From NCBI GenBank assembly GCA_902786595.1, contig CADADB010000013.1, forward strand, positions 12,225 through 76,224: a DNA stretch of 64,000 nt, written 5' to 3'. Shown here in pieces: positions 25,440-36,357 of this stretch (positions within the stretch are counted from its first letter, which is position 1; every line of letters begins with the position of its first letter). The DNA comes from an uncultured Bacteroidota bacterium (GTDB lineage: Bacteria > Bacteroidota > Bacteroidia > Bacteroidales > WCHB1-69). The notes under the pieces were generated by a model, which was given only the letters and a program-made list of their open reading frames with translations, searched no databases and was not told where the DNA came from. Position numbers and translations under genes: made by a program.

Positions 25440-27749
25440 ATGTACACGGCAAAATCCGATTTGTCGCAGAACGACACGAAAAATAAAACGTCCAAGAGCA
25501 CCTTGCCGAAATGGGTGAAGACTTTCTGGAAAGTGTATTTCATCCTTTTCGGGCTTGTGTGTCTGATGTTCCTTTTCATCTCGCTGGGGTGGATGGGCTA
25601 CATGCCGTCGTTCGCGGAGCTTGAAAACCCGGACTCCAACCTCGCCACGGAGGTGATCTCTTCAGACGGGGTGCTGCTGGGAACCTACTACCGCGAAAAC
25701 CGCTCCAACTGCAAATACGCCGACCTCTCCGATGAACTGAAACACGCACTCATTGCCACCGAGGACTCCCGATTCTACAAACATTCAGGCGTCGATGTGA
25801 AAGCTCTGTTCCGTGTGGCTTTAGGTGTGGCCACGCGTCATCACAAGGGAGGAGGCAGTACCATCACGCAGCAATTGGCCAAGAACCTTTTCCCGCGCGA
25901 CCCGAACGCCGGGAAAATCAAAATTGTGTTCACCAAATTCAAGGAGTGGGTTGTCGCCACCAAACTGGAGCGTTCCTACTCGAAAGACGAGATCCTGGCC
26001 ATGTACTTCAACACCGTGGACTTCGGCAACAATGCCGTGGGCATCAAGTCCGCCGCCCGCACCTACTTCGACAAGGAGCCCTCGCAAATCAACACCGAGG
26101 AGGCCGCCTTGCTGGTGGGAATGCTGAAAGCGCCCTCCAAGTACAGTCCGCGCCGCCATCCGCAAGCTTCCCTCGACCGCCGCAACACCGTGCTGGGACA
26201 GATGAAAAAATACAACTACCTCACGGAAGCACAATTCGACTCTATCAAGGCGATTCCGATTGACATGAGCAACTTCAAATCGCAGGCCCACACCGCCGGC
26301 ATCGCCACCTATTTCCGCGAATACCTCCGACTGGTGCTCAAAGACTGGTGCAGCAAGAATCCCAAAAACGACGGTACATGCTATGACCTTTACTGCGACG
26401 GTCTGAAGATTTACACCACCATCGACTCGCGTATGCAACAGCATGCGGAAGCGGCTGTAAAAGAACACGTTTGCGACTACCTTCAACCCCTTTTCTTCAA
26501 CCACATCAAGGGGGCCAAAAACGCGCCGTTTGTCAACCTCAGCGAGGAACAGACCCACAACATCCTTTGGCGGGCCGTCAAGCAGTCTGACCGTTACGCC
26601 CAGATGAAAGATGCCGGCAAATCCGACTCCGAAATCGAATCCGCTTTTAACAAGAAGGTCAAAATGACCGTGTATAACTACAAAGGGATGATCGACACGG
26701 TAATGACTCCTATGGACTCCATCCGCTACTACAAGTCATTCCTGCAATGCGGTCTGATGTGCGTGGAAGCGGCCACCGGACATGTGAAGGCCTACGTAGG
26801 CGGCACCAACTATGAATATTTCCAGTTCGACCACGTGAAACTATCCAGACGGCAAGTCGGTTCCACCTTCAAACCCTACGTATATACCGTGGCCATGCAG
26901 AGTGGCGACTTTGATCCCTGCACCATGGTGCCGAACGTGCCTGTGACCATCGAGACTCCAGGCGGTTCCTGGACCCCCCGCAACTCCGGCGGCTACAAAG
27001 AGGGACAGATGATGCCCTTGCGCGAAGCACTGGCGCACTCCCTCAACCAGGTTTCCGCCTACCTCATGAAACGCTATGGCCCGAACGCCGTCATCGACCT
27101 CGTGCGCAATATGGGTATGACTTCCGATATCCCAGCGGTACCTTCCATCTGTCTAGGTGCTTGTGAATTAACGCTATACGAGCAGGTCGGCGCCATCAAC
27201 TGTTTCCCGAACCAAGGCGTTTATGTGGAGCCCATCTTCATCACCCATATCTGTGACAAGGAGGGCAACGTCATCTACACGAAGGTGCCGAAAACCAACG
27301 AGGCGATGGACCAGATTACCGCGTTCAAGACCGTACGCTTGATGCAGGGGGTGGTCGATTATGGCACTGGCGGGCGACTGCGCAGCCAGTACGGCATCTC
27401 CTTCCCTCTCGCGGGCAAAACCGGCACCACTGACAACCAGTCCGACGGTTGGTTCGTGGGTTACACCCCGTTGCTGACCTGCGGCGTATGGGTGGGCTGT
27501 GAGGACCGCGCCGCCCATTTCCGCAGCACCGCCCTCGGACAGGGCGCTAGAACCGCCATGCCCGTGTTCGGACTCTTCATGAACAAAGTCTATTCCGACC
27601 CGAAACTGCCCTACCTGTCGGTCGTTACAGGAGAAAACCGCGGAGCAAAATCGGGTTACAGTTTCACTATCCCGTCCGCCTATATCGGCGACCCTTCTGG
27701 CTGCAACGAAACCAAACGCGACTCCGTCATGAATCTGGACTTCGATTAG
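25440..27749 (+). CDS. mrcA: Penicillin-binding protein 1A (bifunctional transglycosylase/transpeptidase)
   Basis: GT51 motifs ATEDSRFYKHSGVD and GGSTITQQLAKN. The transpeptidase STFK-type motif is present as GSTFKPYVY, with KTGTT near the C-terminus. Confidence 0.9.
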   Translation: MYTAKSDLSQNDTKNKTSKSTLPKWVKTFWKVYFILFGLVCLMFLFISLGWMGYMPSFAELENPDSNLATEVISSDGVLLGTYYRENRSNCKYADLSDELKHALIATEDSRFYKHSGVDVKALFRVALGVATRHHKGGGSTITQQLAKNLFPRDPNAGKIKIVFTKFKEWVVATKLERSYSKDEILAMYFNTVDFGNNAVGIKSAARTYFDKEPSQINTEEAALLVGMLKAPSKYSPRRHPQASLDRRNTVLGQMKKYNYLTEAQFDSIKAIPIDMSNFKSQAHTAGIATYFREYLRLVLKDWCSKNPKNDGTCYDLYCDGLKIYTTIDSRMQQHAEAAVKEHVCDYLQPLFFNHIKGAKNAPFVNLSEEQTHNILWRAVKQSDRYAQMKDAGKSDSEIESAFNKKVKMTVYNYKGMIDTVMTPMDSIRYYKSFLQCGLMCVEAATGHVKAYVGGTNYEYFQFDHVKLSRRQVGSTFKPYVYTVAMQSGDFDPCTMVPNVPVTIETPGGSWTPRNSGGYKEGQMMPLREALAHSLNQVSAYLMKRYGPNAVIDLVRNMGMTSDIPAVPSICLGACELTLYEQVGAINCFPNQGVYVEPIFITHICDKEGNVIYTKVPKTNEAMDQITAFKTVRLMQGVVDYGTGGRLRSQYGISFPLAGKTGTTDNQSDGWFVGYTPLLTCGVWVGCEDRAAHFRSTALGQGARTAMPVFGLFMNKVYSDPKLPYLSVVTGENRGAKSGYSFTIPSAYIGDPSGCNETKRDSVMNLDFD

Positions 27750-27771
27750 TTTGACATATCCCAAAAAATAC

Positions 27772-27779
27772 TATATTTG
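27772..27779 (+). promoter_or_regulatory. -7 box (TATATTTG) for bamD
   Basis: tatatttg at 27772-27779, 15 nt upstream of ATG 27794. Confidence 0.55.
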
Positions 27780-27793
27780 CACGATTTTTTATC

Positions 27794-28729
27794 ATGGCGA
27801 AAAAGACCTTCAACATATTAGTAATCATACTGTTAGCATTGACAGTTCAAGCGCGTGTCCCGAATTTTTGCGGAACAAGCGCGAACAACTGCCAACCCGT
27901 GTATGTTGAAAAGGACACTTCGAAACCGGCAAAACCGGCAAAATCTTCCAAGCCAGCAAAAAAATCCACCATGTCCCGCGTGACAAAACGGGTGACTTTC
28001 GAAAGCTTCGACCAACATTACGCCCGTGCTTTGAAATACTACGACAACCGCCAATGGCTCTCTGCCGCTGGCTTGTTCGAAGAGCTTTATCCGCTCTCGC
28101 TAGGCACTCCACGCGCTGACACCATCCTTTTCCTTTTCGCCCACTCTTATTACCAAAACGGGGACTATAACATGGCCGCTTTCCATTTCCGCGACTATGT
28201 GCGCCGGTATCCCAACTCCGATCGCGCAGAAGATGCCTTCTACTATTGTATATCAGCTATTTACAAGACCAGTCCCGACTACAACCTCGACCAAACCAAC
28301 ACTCACTACGCTATCGAGCAGATCAACGCTTTCCTGCAAGCGTACCCCGAAAACAAACACATTGAAGAATGCAACGAAATGCTGGACGATCTCCGGCTGA
28401 AATTGGCCCGCAAGGATCTTGAAGTGCTGAAACTCTACTATAACACCGACCATTACGAGGCATGTCAAATCGCCGCCAAGAACTTCTTCAACAAATACTC
28501 CTACTCCCCCTTAATGCCCGAGGCGGTCTATTATCTGGTCCTGAACAACTACGAATATGCCAAACGAAGCACTGAAAGGAAAAAACCGGAACGTCTGAAA
28601 GCTTGTCTTGAGTCTTGTGAAAAAATGAGTGTAAACTACCCCGATTCCAAGTATTTCAAGGGAACTGAAAAAATAGCACAAGATGTGACCAAACAATTGA
28701 AAAAATACACGAATAAATCAACAAATTAA
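27794..28729 (+). CDS. bamD: Outer-membrane protein assembly factor BamD-like TPR protein
   Basis: TPR-like repeats (YYQNGDYNMAAFHFRDYVRRYPNSDRAEDAFYY). The position upstream of rpoZ-coaBC-recN matches the conserved Bacteroidota order. Confidence 0.75.
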   Translation: MAKKTFNILVIILLALTVQARVPNFCGTSANNCQPVYVEKDTSKPAKPAKSSKPAKKSTMSRVTKRVTFESFDQHYARALKYYDNRQWLSAAGLFEELYPLSLGTPRADTILFLFAHSYYQNGDYNMAAFHFRDYVRRYPNSDRAEDAFYYCISAIYKTSPDYNLDQTNTHYAIEQINAFLQAYPENKHIEECNEMLDDLRLKLARKDLEVLKLYYNTDHYEACQIAAKNFFNKYSYSPLMPEAVYYLVLNNYEYAKRSTERKKPERLKACLESCEKMSVNYPDSKYFKGTEKIAQDVTKQLKKYTNKSTN

Positions 28730-28737
28730 TCATCATA

Positions 28738-29067
28738 ATGAAAGCTTTAGAGTACAAAAAATTAAAAATCGACCTTTTTGCCAAGACAAAAGATATTCGG
28801 CAATACGACAAGAACACGGGTAACTTCTACAAAAGCATCGTGATCATGTCGAAACGTGCCGACCAAATTGCTGCGGAACTGAAACAGGAGTTCCAGGAAA
28901 ACTCCCACCTCAACACTCCGCAAGACCGTTCCGGGGAGGAAGTTTATGAAAACCGCGAGCAAATCGAATTGTCCAAACTCTACGAACAAATCCCCAAGCC
29001 CACCCAGTTGGCCTTGTACGAGTTCGAAAACGACCAGATCTACTACAACGACGCGACCGACAAATAA
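28738..29067 (+). CDS. rpoZ: DNA-directed RNA polymerase subunit omega (Bacteroidota long form)
   Basis: NFYKSIVIMSKRADQI is the omega core. The ENREQIELSKLYEQIPKPT tail is typical of Bacteroidales omega, and the synteny agrees. Confidence 0.7.
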   Translation: MKALEYKKLKIDLFAKTKDIRQYDKNTGNFYKSIVIMSKRADQIAAELKQEFQENSHLNTPQDRSGEEVYENREQIELSKLYEQIPKPTQLALYEFENDQIYYNDATDK

Positions 29068-29078
29068 ACAAGGTCAAT

Positions 29079-30278
29079 ATGGCAGGCAAACACATTGTTA
29101 TCGGCATTTCCGGCGGCATTGCTGCTTATAAAACCTTGACGCTGATTCGGCTATTCAAAAAGAACGGCTACGAGGTTCGTGTCACTGCCACCCGGAATGC
29201 CCTTCAATTTGTTACCCCGCTGACCATAGAAACTTTGTCGCAGAACAAGTTGTACACCGATATGTTCGACTCTAACCGGACGTTGGAGGTCGAGCACATC
29301 AGCATGGCGGAATGGGCGGATGCCCTTGTTGTAGCCCCCGCCACCGCCAATATCATCGCCAAATTTGCTAATGGAATTGCGGACGACGCTCTTTCCACGC
29401 TCTTCCTGGCCGTCAAAAAACCGATATTCGTTGCTCCGGCCATGAACACCAACATGTTCGAGAACCCCGCGGTACAGGGGAACCTGCAAAAACTGCAAGA
29501 GCGTGGTTGCTTCATCCTGACCCCTGGCGACGGATTTCTTGCTTGCGGAACTTCCGGAAGCGGACGTATGCAAGAACCGGAACAGATCTTTGAAACCGTT
29601 GACGAAATGCTGGAGGATGACCATTCCCTGCAAGGCAAAAACGTGATGATCACCGCCGGTCCAACATACGAACCTATTGACCCTGTACGGTTTATTGGGA
29701 ACCATTCCTCTGGACTCATGGGCTTCTGTCTTGCAGAAGCCGCCGCTCGCAAAGGGGCTACCGTCTCTTTAGTGACCGGACCTTCAAACTGCACCGTCCA
29801 CCACCGCAACATCCGACGTTACGATGTGAAAACGGCGGAGGAGATGTACCAACAATGCATGAGCATCGTGGACAATCAGGACATCATCATCATGTCCGCC
29901 GCCGTCGCCGATTTCACCCCGGCACATGTCGCTCCGGAAAAGATTAAAAAGGACAACACGCAACTCACTTTGGAATTGGTTAAAACGAAAGACATTCTCG
30001 CCTCTATCGGGAAAATCAAACGCGACAACCAACTACTGATAGGGTTTGCCCTGGAAACCGAAAACGAAATCGAAAACGCCAAGAAAAAGCTGCATAATAA
30101 AAACGCCGACCTCATCGTTCTCAATTCACTGCGAACAGAAGGCGCCGGATTCCGCACCGCCACAAACCAAGTCACCATCTTCGGGAAAGACGGGCGCGAA
30201 TTCGCCAGTGAACTGAAAAGCAAACAGGAAATTGCAACGGAAATACTATTAACAGCCCAAAAATACATTCACCAATAA
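29079..30278 (+). CDS. coaBC: Bifunctional phosphopantothenoylcysteine decarboxylase / phosphopantothenate-cysteine ligase
   Basis: Motifs: [39 protein letters not shown]. Confidence 0.95.
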   Translation: MAGKHIVIGISGGIAAYKTLTLIRLFKKNGYEVRVTATRNALQFVTPLTIETLSQNKLYTDMFDSNRTLEVEHISMAEWADALVVAPATANIIAKFANGIADDALSTLFLAVKKPIFVAPAMNTNMFENPAVQGNLQKLQERGCFILTPGDGFLACGTSGSGRMQEPEQIFETVDEMLEDDHSLQGKNVMITAGPTYEPIDPVRFIGNHSSGLMGFCLAEAAARKGATVSLVTGPSNCTVHHRNIRRYDVKTAEEMYQQCMSIVDNQDIIIMSAAVADFTPAHVAPEKIKKDNTQLTLELVKTKDILASIGKIKRDNQLLIGFALETENEIENAKKKLHNKNADLIVLNSLRTEGAGFRTATNQVTIFGKDGREFASELKSKQEIATEILLTAQKYIHQ

Positions 30279-30286
30279 TCCAAACT

Positions 30287-31204
30287 ATGAAACGCTTATT
30301 CGGAATATTTCTCGTTCTGATCATCTCCCTCGGCACATTGAAAGCCCAAGACTTCCAATGTTCGGTATCACTCAACACCACCCAGATTTCAAGCTCCGGA
30401 AACCAACAGCGATTCAACGAATTACGCCAGAAATTATACACCTTTGTCCATGACCGCAAATGGTGCCAATACAACCTGAAACAAAACGAACGCATCGAGT
30501 GCTCCATGACCCTCAACCTCACGAAAGCGTCTGGGGATGAATACGAGGGCACGATGAACCTGGTGCTGCAACGTCCTGTTTATAAAGCCAGCTACAAAAC
30601 CACTCTGATGACTTTTCAGGACAAAAAGATAAAATTCCGTTACGCGGACGGCGACCCGCTGGAGTATGACGAAAACGCCACCCTTTCTGAGCTGACTTCC
30701 ATCATCGCCTATTATCTGAACCTCTTCATCGGGGTTGAGTTGGATTCGTTTTCCCCGAACGGCGGAGCCGCCTATTTCAGCAAATGTCAGAACACCGCCA
30801 ACCTGAATGCAAAAGATGTGGGATGGAGCGTGGCCGAAAGCGGGCAAAACAACCGCTATTGGATAGCAGAGAACTTCAACAATAGCACTTACAGCAAATT
30901 ACATGATTTTTACTATCAATATCACCGTTTAGGTTTGGATGTCATGTATGAAACTCCCGATGCAGGAAGAGCTGTCATTCTCGAGAGTCTGAAACTGTTG
31001 CAGCAAGTCAACGCCCAGAAGTCCAATCTTGCAGCAGTCCGCATCATTCTGAACACCAAAAAGGACGAAATCATCAACATCTTCAAAGAAGGGATGCCGT
31101 CGGAGAAAACGCAGGTCATCAACATCATGAAACAGATTGACCCCACCAACTCCTCCTCCTACGATGCCATCAACTCCGCCTCCAACTCTTCATCCAGACC
31201 GTAG
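30287..31204 (+). CDS. DUF4835-family protein (labelled T9SS PorD in some annotations; from memory, unverified)
   Basis: A signal peptide is present, and the gene occupies the conserved position between coaBC and recN. Confidence 0.6.
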   Translation: MKRLFGIFLVLIISLGTLKAQDFQCSVSLNTTQISSSGNQQRFNELRQKLYTFVHDRKWCQYNLKQNERIECSMTLNLTKASGDEYEGTMNLVLQRPVYKASYKTTLMTFQDKKIKFRYADGDPLEYDENATLSELTSIIAYYLNLFIGVELDSFSPNGGAAYFSKCQNTANLNAKDVGWSVAESGQNNRYWIAENFNNSTYSKLHDFYYQYHRLGLDVMYETPDAGRAVILESLKLLQQVNAQKSNLAAVRIILNTKKDEIINIFKEGMPSEKTQVINIMKQIDPTNSSSYDAINSASNSSSRP

Positions 31205-31206
31205 CA

Positions 31207-32874
31207 ATGCTGACCACCTTACAGATAGAAAACTATGCGATTATCCGGTCTCTGAAAATCCCGTTTAACGAAGGGCTGACAGCCATTACGGGTGAAACCG
31301 GCGCTGGAAAATCTATCCTGATGGGGGCTCTTTCGCTGATTTTAGGCAATCGTGCCGACACCGACGTGTTGTTCGACAAATCCCGTAAATGTATTGTGGA
31401 AGCTGCCTTTGACATTCGCGGGCTTAACCTTCAAGCTTATTTCAACCAGTTCGACCTGGATTACCAGGATGACACCATCATACGCAGGGAAATCAATGAG
31501 CACGGCAAATCCCGTGCTTTCATCAACGACACTCCCGTGAATCTATCCACCATGAAGACCATTTCTTCCTTTTTAGTGGACATTCACTCACAGCACCAAA
31601 CCCTGATGCTGCAAAATGCTGGATTCCGACTGCAATTGTTAGACCAATTCGCCCAAAATCACGTATTGGTAAGCGAATACCGACAGGCACTGCATCTCTG
31701 GAGAGCTAAGAAAAGTGATTTTGAGGTTTTGAGACAAAGATGCGAACAAGCCGCCTTGAAATACGATTATAACTCGTTTACTATCGGCGAACTGGAAAAA
31801 GCAGACGTCCAATCTGGCGAGCAAGCGCTTATTGAGCAGAAAATCAAGGAATTGTCGCATGCCGAAAGCATCAAGTCTCATTTGTATAATGCCGCCATGC
31901 TTCTCTCCGAGCAGGAGGGTGACAACATATTATATATGCTCAAAACGGTTCAGAACGAATGCCGCGCTTTAGAAAATCTTGGGGGCGAATACGAATCCTT
32001 CTTGCAGCGCGTTGACAACCTCCTTGCCGATGCCCAGGACTTGTCTTACGAAATATCCAAAAAAAGCGACAATATCGAGATCAACCCTGAACTGCTTGAG
32101 CAGTTGAACGACCGTTTAGACCTGTTCTACTCGTTGCAAAACAAGCATCATGTACGAAACAATGAAGAATTGCTCGCCCTGTTGGAAACCTTGCGCAACG
32201 AAGTGGCCTCTTATTCTGATGACCGCGGGCTCTTGGCCGAAATGGAAAAGGAGACTGCCCAATTAGAAAAAAAAGTTAGAGAATTGGCCAAAAGAGTGTC
32301 CGCATCGCGCAAGGAAGCCATACCTGCACTTGTGAGCGCCATGGAAGATCGTCTGCGAAAACTCGGCATGACCGAAAGCAAGTTTGATGTATCAATCCAA
32401 CCAACAGACGAATTGCATGATAATGGCTCTGATTTGGTCACCTTCTTGTTCTCCGCAAACGCCGGCATAGCACCCGCTGACATGTCGAAAATCGCCTCTG
32501 GAGGTGAAATGTCGCGCATCATGCTCTGCCTCAAATCCATCATCACAGACTCCATGTATCTGCCCACCATCATTTTCGATGAAATTGACACGGGTATCTC
32601 TGGAGAGACGGCCTCCAAGGTCGGACAGATGATGCAAGCCCTTGCGAACAACCATCAGGTTATAGCCATCACGCATCTCCCCCAAATTGCCGCTCGTGGA
32701 CAGCATCACTATCTGGTTTATAAACAAGTTGTTGAAAACCAAACTTATACGCACATCAAATCGCTCAACATGCAGGAACGCGAACAGCTGCTGGCCACCA
32801 TGATGAGTGGTGAGAATCGCACGGAAACGGCTGTTGCTTCCGCACGCGAGCTGCTTAAATCAAGTCAAAAATAA
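31207..32874 (+). CDS. recN: DNA repair protein RecN
   Basis: Walker A ITGETGAGKS, a long coiled-coil middle section, and the ABC signature SGGEMSRIML followed by IFDEIDTGISG. Confidence 0.95.
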   Translation: MLTTLQIENYAIIRSLKIPFNEGLTAITGETGAGKSILMGALSLILGNRADTDVLFDKSRKCIVEAAFDIRGLNLQAYFNQFDLDYQDDTIIRREINEHGKSRAFINDTPVNLSTMKTISSFLVDIHSQHQTLMLQNAGFRLQLLDQFAQNHVLVSEYRQALHLWRAKKSDFEVLRQRCEQAALKYDYNSFTIGELEKADVQSGEQALIEQKIKELSHAESIKSHLYNAAMLLSEQEGDNILYMLKTVQNECRALENLGGEYESFLQRVDNLLADAQDLSYEISKKSDNIEINPELLEQLNDRLDLFYSLQNKHHVRNNEELLALLETLRNEVASYSDDRGLLAEMEKETAQLEKKVRELAKRVSASRKEAIPALVSAMEDRLRKLGMTESKFDVSIQPTDELHDNGSDLVTFLFSANAGIAPADMSKIASGGEMSRIMLCLKSIITDSMYLPTIIFDEIDTGISGETASKVGQMMQALANNHQVIAITHLPQIAARGQHHYLVYKQVVENQTYTHIKSLNMQEREQLLATMMSGENRTETAVASARELLKSSQK

Positions 32875-32889
32875 CAAATCCCATATATC

Positions 32890-33510
32890 ATGAAAAAAAC
32901 ACTCATTATTCTCTTAGCGATGCTCTTCTGCACCTCCCTGTCCGCGCAAAACCGGCATCTTACCCCAGAGAGAAAATTCGTTTACATGACCTCAGTGGGT
33001 TATGCCACCGGCCTCGGACAAATCGTACTGGAGCAGCAAACCGTTCAAAACCGGAACTTTGACATTTCCGTCAACCAATTGTTGGGATACCAATTCAACC
33101 CCTACTTCCAATTAGGATTGGGCGCTGGATTCGACTTCTGGAAACACACGGCATTCATCCCTGTGTATCTGAATATCACCGTGAACTTCACCAACACCAA
33201 ATTCGTTCCTCTGTTCTACACCAACTTGGGGTACAGCTTCAAATGGTATGTCTCCTCCATACCCGAGAAAATGGACCGCGTGGTTCACGGCACGAAAAGA
33301 GGCCCTATGGGCGAAGCAGGCCTCGGCATGAAAATCAACATCAACGAGAAACTCGCCATTGTCCTGGCTGCTTGCTATAAAGTCCAATACACCGACATCC
33401 GTTACACCATCCTGCAACCCGGCGATCAGGACTTTTCCGCCTACTCCACCAACAAATCCGCAAACGTACTTTACCACTTTGCCGGGGTTAGGTTAGGATT
33501 ACAATATTAA
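32890..33510 (+). CDS. Outer-membrane beta-barrel (porin-family) protein
   Basis: Signal peptide MKKTLIILLAMLFCTSLSAQ, alternating beta-strand pattern, and a C-terminal aromatic residue (GLQY). Confidence 0.55.
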   Translation: MKKTLIILLAMLFCTSLSAQNRHLTPERKFVYMTSVGYATGLGQIVLEQQTVQNRNFDISVNQLLGYQFNPYFQLGLGAGFDFWKHTAFIPVYLNITVNFTNTKFVPLFYTNLGYSFKWYVSSIPEKMDRVVHGTKRGPMGEAGLGMKININEKLAIVLAACYKVQYTDIRYTILQPGDQDFSAYSTNKSANVLYHFAGVRLGLQY

Positions 33511-33564
33511 TTGAAAACACTATGCGTTGTATGATTACAACAACAACCAATATATAGAACCCTT

Positions 33565-33759
33565 ATGAGCAATGAGTTAACCTATACCGCCGCTTTTGAA
33601 GAACTGAAGGAAATCGTGGACCAATTGGAAAACGACAGCATCAGTGTGGACGAATTGTCGGAAAAGATGAAGCGAGCCACCAAACTGATGAAAATCTGCA
33701 AGGACAAATTAACTAAAACAGAGGAAGAAATCAACAAAACCATTTCCGAACTGTCTTAA
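33565..33759 (+). CDS. xseB: Exodeoxyribonuclease VII small subunit
   Basis: 64 aa. The LTYTAAFEELKEIVDQLENDSISVDEL pattern is typical of XseB. Confidence 0.75.
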   Translation: MSNELTYTAAFEELKEIVDQLENDSISVDELSEKMKRATKLMKICKDKLTKTEEEINKTISELS

Positions 33760-34413
33760 ATGTCCACTTTTGAACTCATTTCTCCTGAAATCGAGGCCTA
33801 CTGCGAGGCCCACACCACCGAAGAGCCCGATTTGCTCTATCGGTTGAACCGTCAGACCCATCTGCAGACCATCAACCCCAGAATGGCCTCTGGACAGCTA
33901 CAAGGTCATTTCCTCTCTTTGATTTCCAACATGATACGTCCAAAACGGATTTTGGAAATCGGCACTTTCACAGGTTACTCCGCACTATGTCTGGCAACAG
34001 GACTGACCTCAGACGGTATCCTGCACACCATCGAAATCAACGAAGAATACAAAGACCGTATCCGCAACTATTTTGCTGAAAGTCCATACAACCACAAAAT
34101 CAAACTTCACATCGGAGATGCCAAAACCATTGTCCCCTCACTGGATGCTCAATGGGACTTGGTATTCATAGACGCGGAAAAAACCGATTATCAAGAATAT
34201 TACGAAATGGTTTTCCCGCAAGTCCGAAAGAATGGTTTTCTACTGATTGACAATGCCTTATGGAACTGCAAAGTGGTTCAGGAAGTTCAACATAACGACA
34301 AAGAGACCCAAGCCATATTGGAATTCAACAACAGAATCCAGCAAGACAAACGCGTCCGAAACCTGTTGTTGCCTTTCCGGGATGGTATCATGATGATTGA
34401 GAAATTGATATGA
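33760..34413 (+). CDS. Class I SAM-dependent O-methyltransferase (family 3, caffeoyl-CoA OMT-like)
   Basis: Motifs: [36 protein letters not shown]. The start ATG follows directly after the xseB stop. Confidence 0.85.
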   Translation: MSTFELISPEIEAYCEAHTTEEPDLLYRLNRQTHLQTINPRMASGQLQGHFLSLISNMIRPKRILEIGTFTGYSALCLATGLTSDGILHTIEINEEYKDRIRNYFAESPYNHKIKLHIGDAKTIVPSLDAQWDLVFIDAEKTDYQEYYEMVFPQVRKNGFLLIDNALWNCKVVQEVQHNDKETQAILEFNNRIQQDKRVRNLLLPFRDGIMMIEKLI

Positions 34414-35093
34414 TGAGAATAGACATACTGACTCTTTTTCCGGAAATGTTCCCGGGTGTTTTTGGAAGCTCTATTTTGAAACGGGCTGCCCAAAAACAGT
34501 ACATCGAGATATATACCCATGACATTCGGGATTATACCTTCGACAAGCATCGCCGCGCCGACGACTACCCATTTGGTGGGGGTGCGGGCATGGTGATGAT
34601 GGTTGAGCCCATCGCACGCTGCATTGAACAGTTGCAAAGCGAACGGGAGTATGACGGCATCTTCCTGATGGCTCCTGACGGCACCACCTTCAACCAACAG
34701 AAAGCCAACGAGATGTCGTTACTCCACAACATCATCCTGTTGTGCGGACACTACAAAGGTGTTGACGAACGGGTGCGAGAACTGTACATCACCGAAGACC
34801 TCAGCATTGGCGATTATGTGCTGTCTGGCGGCGAGTTGGCGGCCATGGTGATTTGCGATGCCATCGCTCGCGTGATTCCCGGCGTCATCAGCGACGGCGC
34901 ATCCGCTCTTTCCGACTCCTTCCAAGACAATCTGCTCTCCGCCCCGGTTTATACCCGCCCTGCCGACTTCCGGGGGCACCGCGTGCCCGACGTGCTCCTT
35001 TCCGGTAATCAAAAACTGATTGACGAATGGCGCATGGACCAACAAATCACTAGAACACAAGAACGACGACCAGACCTCTTAGACCATGAATAA
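34410..35093 (+). CDS. trmD: tRNA (guanine37-N1)-methyltransferase
   Basis: Motifs: [49 protein letters not shown]. Confidence 0.95.
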   Translation: MMRIDILTLFPEMFPGVFGSSILKRAAQKQYIEIYTHDIRDYTFDKHRRADDYPFGGGAGMVMMVEPIARCIEQLQSEREYDGIFLMAPDGTTFNQQKANEMSLLHNIILLCGHYKGVDERVRELYITEDLSIGDYVLSGGELAAMVICDAIARVIPGVISDGASALSDSFQDNLLSAPVYTRPADFRGHRVPDVLLSGNQKLIDEWRMDQQITRTQERRPDLLDHE

Positions 35094-36357
35094 GCTCCAT
35101 TCCTACTTCTTGTCCTTAAAGACTTCTGACCCTTATTTCAATGTCAGTTACATCCTGATGATGCTGATGATGGCGCTCCTGCCCTTCACCACTTTCTTCA
35201 TGTGGCCCATTGGCGTTTTGCTGATGTTAATATGGGCTTTCCAAGGGAACTGGCGCGAAAAATGGGAAAACTTCAAAACCAATGACGGCATTCCTTACGG
35301 ATTCTTTCTGCTCGGCATCTGCCTCATACCTTTGCTTGGGTTCATCAACTCCGAGAACATGCCCATTGCCTGGCGCACGTTTGAATGCTATATCTGGTTT
35401 TTCTTCACCCCTTTCATATTTCTAACCACCTCCGCTGAACTATGGTCCAAAAGGCATATCAGCACGTTATTGTTTTTGTTTTCGGTGAGCGAGGTTGCAC
35501 TCCTCATCTTTTTCTTCACCCGAGGAATTTTAAAAACCATTGAAGCGGGCAATGCTGGCTTCATGTTCAGCGACATATATTGTTACGACTATCACCATGC
35601 ATACGTGGCTTTGTATGCCACATTTGTTTACATCCTTGTTTTCTACTATCTAATAGTAAACAGCCACTGTATTTCAATCAAAAGAAAGGCTTTTCTATAT
35701 GCAACAGCATTATTTATAGCCGTTAGCATCCTTTTCCTGTATTCCCGTGCCGGTATCCTCATATTCTTATTTATGCACGTAGTTTGGAGCGTCTATGCCA
35801 TCTGCCGCAAACCCACCCGATGGAAGGTCATCACATTGATATTGGTTATCGTGTTTGCCTCCTTCGCGGTGTTCTTGATTTCAGCACCCGACAATCGTTT
35901 CACGAAGGACGCCCTCACTTTAGGGAGCGAAGACGGCAAAAGACCTGATCCTCGGCTGATTATTTGGCAGGCCGCCTGGGATGGTGCCGTAGAGAATCTT
36001 CCTTTGGGTGTGGGCACGGGCGACGGCAATGACATGGTGGTAGAAAAGTACCACGATAACGGTTTTTGGGCTGACCGCGATCATTCTTACAACGCTCATA
36101 ATCAGTTTCTGTTTGCCCTGCTCACCAACGGCATCCTAGGACTTATTCTTACCGTACTCTATTTCCTTGTCCCGCTCTGCACCGCAATCAAGCACCGCGA
36201 CATGATGCTGTTCAGCATATTTCTTCTGCTGTTTTTCAACTGCATGGTAGAATGCATGTTCGACCGGCGCGCAGGCGTTGATTTCTTCGCCATTATGATT
36301 CCGTTATTCATTGTTAAAGCTCATTCTTTCCAAAACCAACAAAATTCCCTGTCATGA
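35086..36357 (+). CDS. O-antigen ligase (Wzy_C) family polytopic membrane protein
   Basis: About 10 TM segments and an [16 protein letters not shown] motif region. It overlaps the trmD 3' end by 8 nt. Confidence 0.7.
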   Translation: MNKLHSYFLSLKTSDPYFNVSYILMMLMMALLPFTTFFMWPIGVLLMLIWAFQGNWREKWENFKTNDGIPYGFFLLGICLIPLLGFINSENMPIAWRTFECYIWFFFTPFIFLTTSAELWSKRHISTLLFLFSVSEVALLIFFFTRGILKTIEAGNAGFMFSDIYCYDYHHAYVALYATFVYILVFYYLIVNSHCISIKRKAFLYATALFIAVSILFLYSRAGILIFLFMHVVWSVYAICRKPTRWKVITLILVIVFASFAVFLISAPDNRFTKDALTLGSEDGKRPDPRLIIWQAAWDGAVENLPLGVGTGDGNDMVVEKYHDNGFWADRDHSYNAHNQFLFALLTNGILGLILTVLYFLVPLCTAIKHRDMMLFSIFLLLFFNCMVECMFDRRAGVDFFAIMIPLFIVKAHSFQNQQNSLS